Positions 41,001-54,700 of a stretch of 64,000 bases of DNA are shown here, in pieces (position 1 is the first letter of the stretch; each line of letters starts with the position of its first letter). Below the pieces are notes generated by a model. It searched no databases and was not told the origin of the DNA. It worked only from the letters and a program-made list of their open reading frames with translations. Source of the stretch: Amoebidium appalachense (Eukaryota > Protista > Ichthyosporea); contig CAVNZM010000004.1 of the NCBI GenBank assembly GCA_963693365.1, forward strand, positions 1,485,449 to 1,549,448, written 5' to 3'. The position numbers were made by a program, and so were the translations under genes.

Positions 41001-41429
41001 AAGTGCTTACTAAGTAGCTGTTAAACTAAGCGAGAGGCCAGATTCACTCTGAAAAGAAAATTAATAATCTGGCACTTCAAGTAAGAGTCTATTTTATGTA
41101 GAACGTTTTTGTTAGTTAGGAGAACGTGTTCTGAGAACAGATGTTGTTGGGTGAGCATTGGATCTTTCCTTTGGTTGAGTTGGAAAACGTGGAACTCGAT
41201 GTGTTGAGCAGCGTTGTCTTTGAACCATCGCAAGGCCAAAAGCCGCACCAAGGCCCTACGAGTTGTGTTTTCTATTATACAACATTATGTTTTGTATAAG
41301 GAAAAGGGGGGAAAGAAGCTGGGAAGGACAGGGGGTTGAGAAACCAAGAATAAACGTGTGGTTTGGTCATCGTTCTACGTTCTGGAATCTGACCTCAGCC
41401 CCAAACGAACAACGAACCACAGGCTGCTA

Positions 41430-41502
41430 CATGATTGGTTGAGCGCGCATCATCGAAACTTCGAGCGCATTGATTGGAGGACCTAAATAGATTTGGCGCG
41501 CA
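41430..41502. promoter_or_regulatory. Putative promoter: two inverted CCAAT boxes and an E2F-like site
   Basis: TGATTGG at ~41432 and ~41471; TTTGGCGCGC at ~41492, upstream of the F-box-like gene. Confidence 0.35.
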
Positions 41503-42323
41503 ATGATTGCACAGCGTCAAGGGGACGAGCCAGTCGCGAACGCCCTTCTACAGAGATTGCCACGTGGCAATGACATGGCCCACGTGGGGTACATGTATGG
41601 TTTTGATGAATGTTGCCGGGGGGGGGGGGGGGGGGGAGAGAAGGGGGGGGGAGGGGGGGGGGGGGGGAGGGGGGAGAGGGCAGGGGGAGGAGGGGGAGGG
41701 CTGGGAATAGAAAATTTGGTCGTCACCCGGGTGGTGAATGCAGAGCTGGCCAGGTCCCGTCCGACCGTACGGGATGGAGCTCCCGAGTCCCCTCCCTTCC
41801 CAAACCACCAGCCACCACCATCAAAATCATCACGCGCCTAGCTCTACTCTCCCACCTCCCACTCCCAACCATCAACCTATATTCCAAGCATAAACTTCGC
41901 TCTCTCTACATAACCATACCGTACTTCGCAAATATTTATGACATGTGCACTGTACCGTATGTGCACACACGTACGCGTCTGCGTGTGTGCATGTGTTTGT
42001 GTCTGTATTGTACGCATTTGCGTGCATGCGCATGCAGATCATTTATTTGCATCAGGGTGAGGGGAAGGGGGGGGGGGGGGGGGGGTTAGGATTCACTGTT
42101 CCCATTGGCACATCTGTTCATCCGGGCAAGACTTCGCTTGCTTCTCCGTTCTCGAGGTGTCAAAGATTAATGTTATGATGACACCGCGATACGTACACAT
42201 GCAGGCAATAATGGCTTGCACAGCTGGAGGGCTGGTGAAGCGTGGGTAGGTTTCTTAGGGTTGGCCGCCTGGTACCGGAATGAACGTTCGAGGCGCCGGT
42301 GACGCACACACACACGCGCATGT

Positions 42324-42379
<56 letters not shown>

Positions 42380-42655
42380 GCACACACGCACACGCACGCA
42401 TGCACACACGCATGCAGGCACGCGCGCGCGCGCATGCACACACACACACGCATGCCCCCCCCCCTCCCCCCCCCCCCCCTCTCTCTCTCTCTGACTCTCT
42501 CTCTCACCGTGTGCACAACACACACGCGCGCACACACACACCGTGGCATGCTGTTGTACGCACGCACACACACACACACACACACACACGCACGCACGCG
42601 TGGCACGCGCGCACACACACAGACACACACTCACACATTCACTCACTCACACACA

Positions 42656-42702
<47 letters not shown>

Positions 42703-43110
42703 TGACTGAGCACTTCTTTATAGTATCCCGTTTACGGCTCCCGGGGGCCCCGGGACCCCTTTAGAGTCCAGACACTGAGCACTGAGGACCCTAGTATTAG
42801 CTACCGTGTACTTGTTATATGCAACGTGTATCGGTGTGTCTAAACTAGGTTGTTCCATGATACGTATATGTGTGTTTTTGTGTGTTGCTTGTGATGGACT
42901 GGTGAAGGCACGTGTAGCCCTAAAAAGAAAATGAGGTCGGCAGTCTACCTGGTTTCCTCCGCCGCTGAGGTGTCCCTGGGTGGCTGGGTGCTGGGGAGGC
43001 CTAGGGAGGCCGAGAAATGGGGGGGAGGGGGGGTGGGGGGGGGGGGGAGGAAGAGCGCGGGGATGTGCCCGTGTAGGGCCATGGGTGTGTTCCCAAATTG
43101 CTCTCCTCAT

Positions 43111-43255
<145 letters not shown>

Positions 43256-43288
43256 ATCTATCCATCTCTCTCTCTCTCTCTCTCTCCC

Positions 43289-43319
<31 letters not shown>

Positions 43320-43435
43320 ACCCCCTTCCCCCCAACACACACACACCATCCCAGATATGATCGAGACAACGAATTTTTGCGCAAATTCCTGTCCGAAAGG
43401 AGTCCACCCAAGAAATGACGGATGCAAATGCGCTT

Positions 43436-43560
43436 TTTAAGTTTTATTTTTTATTTCTTTTTTATTTTATCCCCTTTTGTTCCCGGAGGGACCCCTCGGG
43501 GCCCTCATGGGGTACCACCGTCTTCCAACCAGCACCGACAGTACTCTAGCTAGGGTGCTA
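43436..43560 (-). mobile_element. ~90-bp double-hairpin element with A-rich tail, copy 2 (more diverged relative near 42722-42790)
   Basis: ATCCCCTTTTGTTCCCGGAGGGACCCCTCGGGGCCCTC...ACCGTCTT..CAGCACCGAC...GGGTGCTA aligns with 19241-19330. Confidence 0.55.
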
Positions 43561-43901
43561 CGGTACTATTAGCTAAACTAATACATCCTTAACAATCCTA
43601 ACTATTTGCACACACACAGCCCAGGATGTTAACCTCAGCCACGCGGGTGGATAAAGCTTGTTAAATATTGCTGCGGATTACTAGGCTTGTCAGCCGATCT
43701 ATCAGTTGACACATCTTGGTTTTTAAACTATTTCCTAGGCGGAAGGCCCGGGAGGGAAGGAAGGGGGGAGGGGGAGGGGGGGGGGCAGAGAGAGTTTGGA
43801 GGGGGGGGGGGGATGGGGGATGGGGGAGGGGCCGGGCAGTGGGGGTTGGGGAGGGTGGGGAGGGTGTCATCAACATGGGCCTTGTACAAACCTGGACTCC
43901 A

Positions 43902-43966
<65 letters not shown>

Positions 43967-45209
43967 TTTCCCCCCCCTTTGCCCTCCTTCCCTCCCTCCT
44001 ACACAATCACCACCACCACTGCCACCATACACTGCAAAAACAATTCATTCTTGTATTGCGAGATCTGTCAGACTCTACAGTACCGTGAAACCTCGATGGT
44101 ATGGGTGCACACAAGCACGAGCGCACACACCTGAACGTGCACATATTCAATTGTTATTTTTTTTTTAGTGGCGGACATGACAAATGCCCACATAAGCATA
44201 GGCCATATAAATATACGCATGACCCGGACAATCAGGCCACATGCATGCAAACATACTTGTGAAAACACGTTTCAAGCCGTGCAAACAGACAAACACAGAG
44301 TAACTAGGGAAATGCCCGGGGTGGGGGTTTATCTACTGATAACTTTCTTGAAATTCCTTTTCTTTTCCGTGGCTTCTTCCCCTCCCCTTCCTGGGGGGAG
44401 GGGGAGGGGGAGGGGGAAGTGGGGGGGGGGGGGGGGGGGGGAGGGGGGGGGAGGGGCGGGGAGGGGAAGGGGGGGGGGGGGGGGGGAAGGCAGTGGTAAG
44501 CCCAAAATTTCAAAAGGGTGAAGAGTCTTGGTGAAGAAGTTGCAAGAGTGAATCAGTAGTAGATATTGGGGGGTTACAGAAATAAGGAGTGTTGTGAGTG
44601 CGAAATCAACTTCTCAATAAAGATTGTGAATATATTATATTAGGTTTTTGAAAAGGGTCGCCGTCACGTTGTAATCTGTTTGGACATACAATGCCACCGT
44701 GTTACCAACAAACCGGCTAAAAACAACCAAATCTCAATATCCGGATCGAAGCTATTTAGCAGCGCTTCAAATTAAACAGATCGTAATTATCGATTTTGTA
44801 ATAAAATCTGCTGATTAAGTACATAACACCATGTTGCAAGATAATTAGTGTGGGTATAAAAAAAGTCAATCCGGACTACGACCTTCGAAAAAAAAAACTT
44901 AGAGATACAAAATACAACAATCGATGCATTCACGGCACACAGTCTTTCATCTCATGTGTTCAGTTTTAAATTTTTGTTACGCTAGAAATATGTGGAATGA
45001 AGGGGCACTATAAGATTATGGAAATGGTGACCAATTAAAACAAAAGCCAATCGTTCAACAAATTCCGGGAGCCAATTAAAAGAGCTTAAAGATAAACAAA
45101 AAAAACCGTCGCAAAGTTCCTGATATATTCCTACTCAGACTCCCCCCCCCCCCCCCCCCCCCCCCTCTCCCCGCGAACATCCACCCCACACTAACCGCCG
45201 TCCATGCAA

Positions 45210-47126
45210 CTATTCAATAAGCTGGGCCTCGTACACAACATCATCAGACCCATTCCACTCCGCCTCTCGCGTGAAAGTCGATTTTCCAACGGGCCGGGTG
45301 AGTCTAATGATTCGACCCATCTCGCCCGTGTTCCCTTCAAAAGTGCACGTGCTTTTCAGGGTCAGTTTGCCCCTATTACGGAATCCCACGCCCAAAGTAT
45401 CCCATGCTGCACCCCCCTCGGAACAATTGTTGTAGCCAAACTGGGCGTCAATAGTAACAGATGCATTTTGCATGATTCCATTGTTGGCAATGGCTCCACC
45501 GCGATCACTGGGCGCATTGTTATTCACAAATTCTCCCCTGATGATTAAGGTGCCGTTAATGCGTTCAATCCATGCTGCCCCTCCTCGCGAGCCCCAGCCG
45601 AATTCCGTAGCCGTGTTGTTCTCAAACTTCGAGTCGATGGTGACAGTGGCGAGTTCATTAATGCCGCTAATCATTAGCGCGCCACCGCCAGAAGCACTAT
45701 TCGACGTAAAAGCGTTACCGATAATATCAACCCTACCCATAACATTATCAAACATTAGTGCCCCTCCGACACCGTGTTGAAACTCGTGGTGGTTGTCTTG
45801 GAAAACACAGTCTTTAACCTCTGCCTTTCGGATGTTGTCCACCCACAGGATCCATACCGCACCGCCACCGTCGAAACGTTCACCGACAATGTTGACGCGA
45901 TTCCCCTGAATGAGAGACCCGCGTAGCGAGAAATCAGACATCGAATCGATAAATATGGCCGCACCACCACGCGCACGTGTATAAAAGTTTTTAAATTCGC
46001 ACCCCTCAATAACGAGCCACACGAGAGAACCAATCAAATCCGATGTGTCCGTTTCCAGCCGCTCCCACGTGCGAATGGCGGAGGCAAAGCCCAAACCCGT
46101 TCTCTCCAAACTGAGGTCGTAGAATTCAAGCCGCTGACTCCTGCCGCCGATACGAAATATACACCCCTCTTCAACATTAATATCCGTCGTGATTATCGCT
46201 TTCCCTCCATCGGGCTTGCAGCCACGAATAACCAAATTCTTGGCCAGGAGTATCTCCGCACTCACATGCTCGTCTTTGGCCAACAGAATCACCGACCAGT
46301 CGGGGACATCCGCAATCACTTGCGCAAGTGGCTTCCCCATTTGGCACACTGCCACAGTGGTGCCGTTTGCTACAACGGCTATATCACCGGGGCAAGGGAG
46401 AGCACCTTGGCACGTTACAACGGGAAGTGGGGGAGGTTCATCCGTCCAAGTTGCCCATGTCTCGCCAGTCGTGTCGTTTCCAGCCGAACTCTCCAGGTCA
46501 CTCTGAGACTCGTCGTTGGGAAGGTCGTCAATCCCCCCAGTCGGGTCGGCGGCAGGGGCAATACCCCCAATGGGGTCGGTGGCAGGGGCAATCCCCCCAG
46601 TAGGGTCGGTGGCAGGGGCGGTGTCAGTATCGTCCGCGATAGGGCCAAGGTTCAGTTTTGAATCGGCCACTTCGGTCTCGACATCACGACGCCACGCAGC
46701 AAAGGTAACCAAAGGAGTTATCGTTTGTGTTTCATGCGCCGTGCTGGGTGCGACATAATCGGAGGCATCCTCTTGTATTATGAGAACATCGTTACCGCGC
46801 ACAGAATTGTCGTCAGTTTCTTTGGGCTTGTATGCAACAAAGGGACCCTCAATGTGGTCATGCACTCGGTCCCGGTCCTCTTCGATAGATTCTGTAGGCT
46901 CGCTGGTACTTGGTGAGGCAGTTTCAACCTGATCCACGTCATACTCGGCTATTGGGGGTTCAGATGTCTCCTTATAGAGAGCGGGCACATCCCGGGCAGC
47001 TATGCTCAATGGTCCTACATGTTTATCAGACACGGGTGTTGCAACCACCCCGCGGGCAATAAGAGCCGTAGCGAATATCACGCGGAGCAGAATAGGCCCC
47101 CGCATGCGGGGCAGAGGGATGCCCAT
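45210..47126 (-). CDS. Secreted right-handed beta-helix protein with Pmp-like GGA(I/L/V)/FxxN repeats; intronless; likely start ATG at 47126
   Basis: Hydrophobic signal peptide ILLRVIFATALIARGVVA; acidic Ser/Thr stalk with 3x APATDPTGGI; recurring GGAAI/GGAV/GGAL/GGAI alternating with FQDN, FTSN, FENN, FVNN, FGYN, FEGN. Confidence 0.75.
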   Translation of the reverse strand: MGIPLPRMRGPILLRVIFATALIARGVVATPVSDKHVGPLSIAARDVPALYKETSEPPIAEYDVDQVETASPSTSEPTESIEEDRDRVHDHIEGPFVAYKPKETDDNSVRGNDVLIIQEDASDYVAPSTAHETQTITPLVTFAAWRRDVETEVADSKLNLGPIADDTDTAPATDPTGGIAPATDPIGGIAPAADPTGGIDDLPNDESQSDLESSAGNDTTGETWATWTDEPPPLPVVTCQGALPCPGDIAVVANGTTVAVCQMGKPLAQVIADVPDWSVILLAKDEHVSAEILLAKNLVIRGCKPDGGKAIITTDINVEEGCIFRIGGRSQRLEFYDLSLERTGLGFASAIRTWERLETDTSDLIGSLVWLVIEGCEFKNFYTRARGGAAIFIDSMSDFSLRGSLIQGNRVNIVGERFDGGGAVWILWVDNIRKAEVKDCVFQDNHHEFQHGVGGALMFDNVMGRVDIIGNAFTSNSASGGGALMISGINELATVTIDSKFENNTATEFGWGSRGGAAWIERINGTLIIRGEFVNNNAPSDRGGAIANNGIMQNASVTIDAQFGYNNCSEGGAAWDTLGVGFRNRGKLTLKSTCTFEGNTGEMGRIIRLTRPVGKSTFTREAEWNGSDDVVYEAQLIE

Positions 47127-47734
47127 TGTGTGGTGTGTGCACAGTGTTTGCGTTTGTAATGCTTCGAATATTAAATCGATTCGCTCCAGCACCTAAATTG
47201 TATGAATGTGGGGTGGGAATCATATATCTTATAGTAGTGATGAATAATATCAAACGTGCAGGGTCGATCACACACTGGTTGGCACCGGTACAGTCTGTAT
47301 CGTTAGAAGCAACGTTCACTACCCTGAACTAATCATGATGTGCAGCCAGAAGGGAAGAACTGAGAGTCATTTGTTGTTCCCGCTTAGTTTTTATACTAGG
47401 GGCTAAGCAACAAAAGCTTTGGAATGTATCACTATAGAGGAGTGCAGATTATCTATCACTACAGTTTTATGCGGGCATCATTTGGGGCTAGTAACGTCAA
47501 AAATTATCTACTATGTGCACAAAAATAAAAAAAGAAAGACAATCAGAGGTTTAGACTAGTTTTTACACGGAGTGCATATTGTTTTGTCATCAAAATGTCG
47601 TTTCTTAGTATCCGATTCAAGGCCACATAAAAGGCCCGAAATTTACCCGCCTCCCTCTTGTCCAATCGGTTGCCTTTGGTTCAATGAATCTAAGAATAGA
47701 AGAACCATTTTTGGCTCGTCATAAATGTGCTTTC

Positions 47735-48151
47735 CAGGGTAGGGATTACGAAAAAAAATCGTCGTAACTTACGATTAACGAGAGACCCCAATACGAATAA
47801 GGTCAGGGTACCGTCGTAACAGCTTTCGTATAAGGTGTGTAGCATTATAAACGCTTGAATATGTAATTTTCTCTATTTTTTCAATATTTCTGTTCAAGAA
47901 CAGCACATTCCCCCCCAAGAACATATCTACAGCGCTTCTCATGTGCAATATCGAGCCCCGATAAGTTTCCAGGGCTTGTAATCTTGCGGTATTCAATTTG
48001 TAAAAACACGTATTTTGAGTTTTGCGACTGGAGGGGCGTTTTAGGCGGGGCTTGCAGCTCCCCAAGAACCCACCCGTTACGATTAAGAAATTGTCTGTTA
48101 CGATTGGCAAAGGGCGATACGATTAAGCTGGCGAACCCCAGCCCAACCCTG
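47735..48151. mobile_element. Non-autonomous hAT-type MITE, 417 bp
   Basis: TIRs CAGGGTAGGG / CCCAACCCTG (1 mismatch); perfect 8-bp TSD GTGCTTTC (47727-47734 and 48152-48159); subterminal TTACGA repeats. Confidence 0.88.
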
Positions 48152-49655
48152 GTGCTTTCAAAAATCTGATTCGTTTTCGCTCTATTCAGCACCAAAATAG
48201 GCAAATGACAAGATAACTACAACAAAGGCGTGTGCACGGCTCGCGGGCCCGCGGCGCTGCGAGTCTGACGTCGGACCGGGCCACGGCGGAGGCGGCGAAA
48301 ACATGTGAAGATCATGAGTGGCCGCCGAATGCTTTATAATTATGTTACCGCCCGGGGCGCAAGAGCATCTTATACCAGTGTTTCCGACGTGTGTACACTG
48401 TCGGTGAACTTCTTAGTCGAGCCATATAGATGAGGATCTTCGGATAGTCAATTGACCTGGCAAGAGTGTGATCACGAGGGCCAGGGTGTACTTTTGTTAG
48501 CCCTCAGAGAGGGGGGAAGGGGGTTGAGGGGGTAGGGGGGGAAACAGAGCGTAGGGGCAACCGCTCGTTCTCCATTTGAGTACTGGGCTGTAGAAAAAGA
48601 GGCCGCGCCTCAAGGCTTTGAAAGGTGTACAGAAAAGGGAGTGTCAAAGGGGGAGAACTTGAAGAGACAGGGCTAGAGCATCGGGACGGGGAGGGGGGGC
48701 GTCGGGAGGGGAGGGGGGGGGGGGGGGGGGAGGGGAGGGGGGAGAGGGGGGTAGAGAGAGAGAGAGGGAGGGAGGGAGGGAGGGAGAGAGAGAGGGAGCG
48801 CGCGTGGGGAGGGAGGGAGACAGGAAGGGAGAGAGGGAAAGAGAGAGGTATGGGGGAGGTCGGGGGGAGGGTCATTGCACTTTTCTTGGTTGCTCCCTCC
48901 GGCCCATCCTGGAACACAACATCTATCCCGGACATTACACGACATGGGTTCTCCTGAACATGTACGTACACATATGTATCCCTCTATGTTTATAGCCGTT
49001 TACTACATGGCCACTCGCTAGAACCAAACTAAAACGGACAACACCAACACCAACTGCAACAAAACAAAGTGAAACACACACAGAGAGGGAGAAAGCTGAA
49101 GGGGAGGAGTGAGGGGGAGCGGGAGGGAGGCGGATAAAGAGGGCCGGAGGGAGGGAGAAGGAAGGGAATGATGGAGAGAGTCTAGAAAGGAAGAGCTGGA
49201 GAACCTGAGACAGAGAGAGCTTGGGCGGGGGAAAGGAGGAAAGGGAAAGAAACAGAGCGTGTTGAGCTTAGAAGAGACATAGGGTCAGTCAGCGAGGGAT
49301 AGAGGGATTCAGCATTGGCAAGCCTCAAAGATTCACCTCGCAATATTAATTAGCGGTGGCCGATAAGAGAGATTAGAAGTGACGAGACAACCAGATGAAG
49401 GGCCTAGGACGGAGTGGGCATGGAGGGGGAGGTTGGGAGAAACGCAATTGAAATTTTCTAATTGTAACTTGAGCTCGAGAAGTAAACCAACTTGGGGTTT
49501 ACGCTGTTTACTCGAGGCAAAGAGAGACCAGTCTCAGGTATGGGGGGGTTTTGCTCGGAATATCCCCTCAGCGGTATATCATGATCACGTACATAGATGT
49601 CGGGTGATGACTATATATCAGGGTTTACTTTCTCTACGAGACACCATAAAGACTA

Positions 49656-49929
49656 AGAATTTTTTATTTTTATTTTTCTTTTTTTTTTTTCTTTTGACTG
49701 GATTTATTCGACGGAAAGATATGACAAGTATGCACGGCATACTGAGAAGACAATAAAAACTTCACGAGTTATCCAGTAACAAGTGCATACTGAGATACCT
49801 GAACACTGTGTGAAAATCATATAAATACTCAATGTGACGACCAACAGAATTCAACAAAAAGTCGAAAGTGTTCACATTGCCAGCTAGTGTAGCAGATACC
49901 CGGAGGGAAAGAGGTAAAACGCGACATAA
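49656..49929 (-). other. ~274-bp poly(A)-tailed insertion in the 3' tail of LINE copy B
   Basis: Absent from copies A and C; the minus strand ends AATAAA-TCCAGTC-A-rich tract; 7 bp of target (CAAGGAG) lost; no TSD. Confidence 0.7.
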
Positions 49930-50025
49930 AAATCAATTAGTTGGGGTTCCCCGTTGTTGTTGTTTTTTTTTATTTTGTTTTTTTTTTTATTTTTGGGCTC
50001 CCCTGGGACACTCGGTATCAGCTGG

Positions 50026-50114
<89 letters not shown>

Positions 50115-51458
50115 CGCGCACGCGTGCGTGCGTGCGCTAGAATTTTGTAATGATGTGTTTCTCAAGCCAATCAATACATCTAATAAACATGTCGTAGTTA
50201 CGCGTGTTTAGTATAAAATCAAGGATGTTGTAATTTACAGGTAGGCTATCTTTCTGGGTGTCTGTTGTGAATGTGACGTGTGTGTGTTGCGGTATTATGT
50301 GGTCTATCAAACTACATTTAGCGATACATGACCGTTTAAACTGGTGTGTGTGTGTGTTATTTGGGCATGCAAACGATGCCGCCTTATACTTATTAGATCT
50401 CCATAATAGCACGTGTACAGTAAAATCGTGGTAATTGGTCAATAATACCATCAGCTAGAGAAAGACCAGTTCTACAGAAGGTAATATGTATTTAGGTGTT
50501 ATACATTTGCGAGTGCCATACTTGGCAATATGGTTAAGGCGGTCATTATAGATAAAACGAGACATAAGGCTTAATTTTTCAAGGTGTCTGCTTTCATCGG
50601 GTCTAGTGTCGTGTGGTATCTTTTTCCATTTGTTATATTGCGTGATTATCTTATGATTGTGTACATGTTTAATAAGTAAGTGGCAGTCCAAAGTCACACG
50701 CACACTTTTGCGGGGTTTATTTGTATTTATGCCCGGGGGAGAAGGAGAGAGAGAGGGAAGGAAAGAGGGGAGAGGTGAGGAGGGGACAGGTCGGATAGAG
50801 AAGAGAGGGTGGGAGGGCAAATACTTCTTTAAGCGGCTTATGTGTTTATTGAATTTCAGCGCGAGATGGGATACTCTAGCAGCTATTGGGACCAGACCAT
50901 ATATCGAGAGCGTTACAGGCCCAGGTTTACAACAGTTGTTAGATAGAAAGGAGGCAACTTCTGCTTCAAGGAAATTTGCCAAGGGCTTAAGCGCTCTAGT
51001 TCTCTCTTTCTTGATCCAAGCAGCGAGAAGGGGTAAACCATATTCACATGCCGGGAAGACAAAAGTGCGAATAATATAAGTCTAATAGAAGGATGGAGCG
51101 GTGTGTCTTTAAAAATATTAGCCGAGAAGAAAGCTAACCGCTTACGAGCCAACTCTACCCTCTTTTCGACCATATGGGAAAACAGAACACCAACAGAATT
51201 AACCGGAACGCCAAGATATTTGTATTCTGGAACTATAGGTACAGGTTTAGATGATAATGTAAATGTGTGTAAATGGTTAGCTATATCAGGTACAAGAACA
51301 CCACATTTGTCTATGTTAAAGATCATAAGGTTTGCCTTGCACCATTCTGACACTACATCGAACAATCTTTTTATTAGAGAAGTGCAGGCGGAAAGTTATT
51401 AATAGGGTCATCATTTTCGGCATAAATCTTGACAGCCAAATCATCTATAAATAGGTTA

Positions 51459-51657
51459 GGGGGGTTTACTACGCTGTTTACTCGAGGCAAAGAGAACCAG
51501 TCTCAGGTATGGGGGGGGGGGTTTGCTCGGAATATCCCCTCAGCGGTATATCATGATCACGTACATAGATGTCGGGTGGTGACTATATATCAGGGTTTAC
51601 TTTCTCTACGAGACACCATAAAGACTACAAGGAGAAATCAATTAGTTGGGGTTCCCC

Positions 51658-51708
<51 letters not shown>

Positions 51709-51740
51709 GGGCTCCCCTCGGGACACTCGGTATCAGCTGG

Positions 51741-51796
<56 letters not shown>

Positions 51797-54700
51797 TTGT
51801 GTGTGTGTGTGCGCGTGCGCTATAATTTTGTAGTGATGTGTTTCTCAAGCCAATCAATACATCTAATAAACAGGTCGTAGTTACGCGTGTTTAGTATAAA
51901 ATCAAGGATGTTGTAATTTACAGGTAGGCTATCTTTCTGGGTGTCTGTTGTGAATGTGACGTGTGTGTGTTGCGGTATTATGTGGTCTATCAAACTACAT
52001 TTGGCGATACATGACCGGTTAAACTGGTGTGTGTGTGTGTTGTTTGGGCATGCAAATGATGCCACCTTATACTTATTAGATCTCCACTGTATAGCACGTG
52101 TACAGTAAAAGCGTGGTAATTGATCAATAATACCATCAGCTAGAGAAAGACCAGTTCTACAGGAAGGTAATATGTATTTAGGTGTTATACACTTGCGAGT
52201 GCCATATTTGGCAATATGGTTGAGGCGGTCAGTATATATAAAACGAGACATAAGGCTTAGTTTTTCAAGGTGTATGCTTTCATCGGGTCTAGTGTCGTGT
52301 GGTATCTTTTTCCATTTGTTATATTGCGTGATTATCTTGTGATTGTGTACATGTTTAATAAGTAAGTGGCAGTCCAAAGTCACACACACACTATTGCGGG
52401 GTTTATTTGTATTTGTGCCCAGGGGAGAAGGGGAGAGAGAGGGGAGGAAAGAGGGGAGAGGTGAGGAGGGGACAGGTCGGATAGAGAAGAGAGGGTGGGA
52501 GGGCAAATACTTCTTTAAGCGGCTTATGTGCTTATTGAATTTCAGCGCGAGATAGGATACTCTAGCAGCTATTGGGACCAGACCATATATCGAGAGCGTT
52601 ACAGGCCCAGGTTTACAACAGTTGTTAGATAGAAAGGAGGCAACTTCTGCTTCAAGGAAATTTGCCAAGGGTGTTGTAATACGTAGTATTTACATATGGT
52701 AAGATCTTCTCAGTTTGTGTTATGTTTCAGTTCATATGCTTAGTGTAAATGCCACACTCCTATTATGTAAAGTGTAGCATCGATCTCCGATATGCTTGTA
52801 TACTTGTAATCGTGTTGTATCGGCTTTAATCGTGTATTGTAATATCGATTAGAATATTTATATGTGTGTACACGGATCCACCCACTCAGGGAGAGACGTG
52901 TACATGTTCGTGTGTACATAAATATCTCTGGTTATAGTTATGCTATTACTATCTTGTTTGTTGATCTGTGCTCTCTTTTCCTTCCTCTTTCTCCTTCCTT
53001 ATTTTCTTTTCTTTCTCTCCTTGTCTTCATGTGTATAATCGTATTTCTTTTCTACTAATATATGTTAGGTAGATTTGTGTTACTTAATACGTGTTCATTG
53101 GACGGTAACACACTTAGGCTACACTTAGAATAGCATGTGTGTTTAGACTTCATTAATTCACTTTAGTTTTCATGTGTTGCCGGGCTTTAACCAATCATCA
53201 AGGTTAAGTGTGATATGTCTGAGTCTTTGCAGTATGTCATAGGTTAGAACTTCCTTGATGATGACACGAGTTGATCCTAACTAGTGTCTGTGTCCTATCG
53301 TGTACGCCTCCGCGTACCGGATCTCTCTGAAAGCAATTGGTTCTTAGTGATTGGTTTCTATTAGAGATGGATCTGATTTCCGACTGGTCGGAAATCATGT
53401 ATGGATTGGACTTAGAGGAATTTCAGGTATTTATTCGAAGATCAGAATAAATTCAGTTCAGTCGTGTCTAAACATTGATGTCTGTTGTGTACACTGCTCC
53501 GATCGTTCCGTGTTTTGTTGTTGTGTGTGTCTGTGGTGTTTTCACACTGCACCACTGTGTCTCTGCTTACATCCCAAATACTAATAAAAATTAACAAAGG
53601 GTTTAGGCGCTCTAGTTCTCTCTTTCTTGATCCAAGCGGCGAGAAGGGGTAAACCATATTCACATGCCGGGAAGACAAAAGTGCGAATAAATGTAAGTCT
53701 AATAGAAGGATGGAGGGGTGTGTCTTTAAAAATATTAGCCGAGAAGAAAGCTAACCGCTTACGAGCCAACTCTACCCTCTTTTCGACCATATGGGGAAAC
53801 ATAACACCAACAGAATCAACCGGAACACCAAGATATTTGTATTCTGGAACTATAGGTACAGGTTTAGATGATAATGTAAATGTGTGTAAATTGTTAGCTA
53901 TATCAGGTACAAGAACACCACATTTGTCTATGTTAAGGATCATAAGGTTTGCCTTGCACCACTCTGACACTACATCGAACAATCTTTGCAGGCGTCTAGG
54001 GGTACGGGCAAGGAGGGACAGATCATCAGCATAGAGAAGTGCAGGCGGAAAGTTATTAATAGGGTCATCGTTTTCGGCGTAAATCTTGACAGCCAAATCA
54101 TCTATAAATAGGTTAAACAAAAAGGGGCTAAGCAATGAACCCTGCAAGAGACCTCTAGTACGAGCAAAACCATATGAAAGATGCCCATTAACCACAGCTC
54201 TACCATAGGTTTGAGACAAGAGTGCTTCTAACAGAACACCAATGCAGTGTGGTACACCCCGTGCAGCAAGCTTTTCCCATAGGAGACCAGGGGAGACAGA
54301 ATCGTAAGCAGTTTTCCAATCAATAAAGCCAACATATTGTGCACCAACTTGCATAGAATCGTGCAGTGCCATTATTTGAACATAACATGAATTGTTTTTA
54401 CGAAAAGCGGATTGGCATGGGTGTATGTGAAGAATAGATTGAAACCTAGGGTGATGTGCAAATAACCTAAGTAAGCAAGCTTCAAAGAATCTACGAACAA
54501 CCTGGGTTAGTGTAATGGGGCGAAAGGATGATATGGGGCCCTCAGAGTCCTTCTTAACTATGGGGATCACTAAGGTATCTAACCAAGATGACGGGACATG
54601 TCCACATTTAACACACCAAGAAAAGAGAGAGCTTAACATGATAGTAAGATCAGGTTTAATAGCACGATCACTTTCCTTTTGTGGGTAGGAGGGAACAAGG

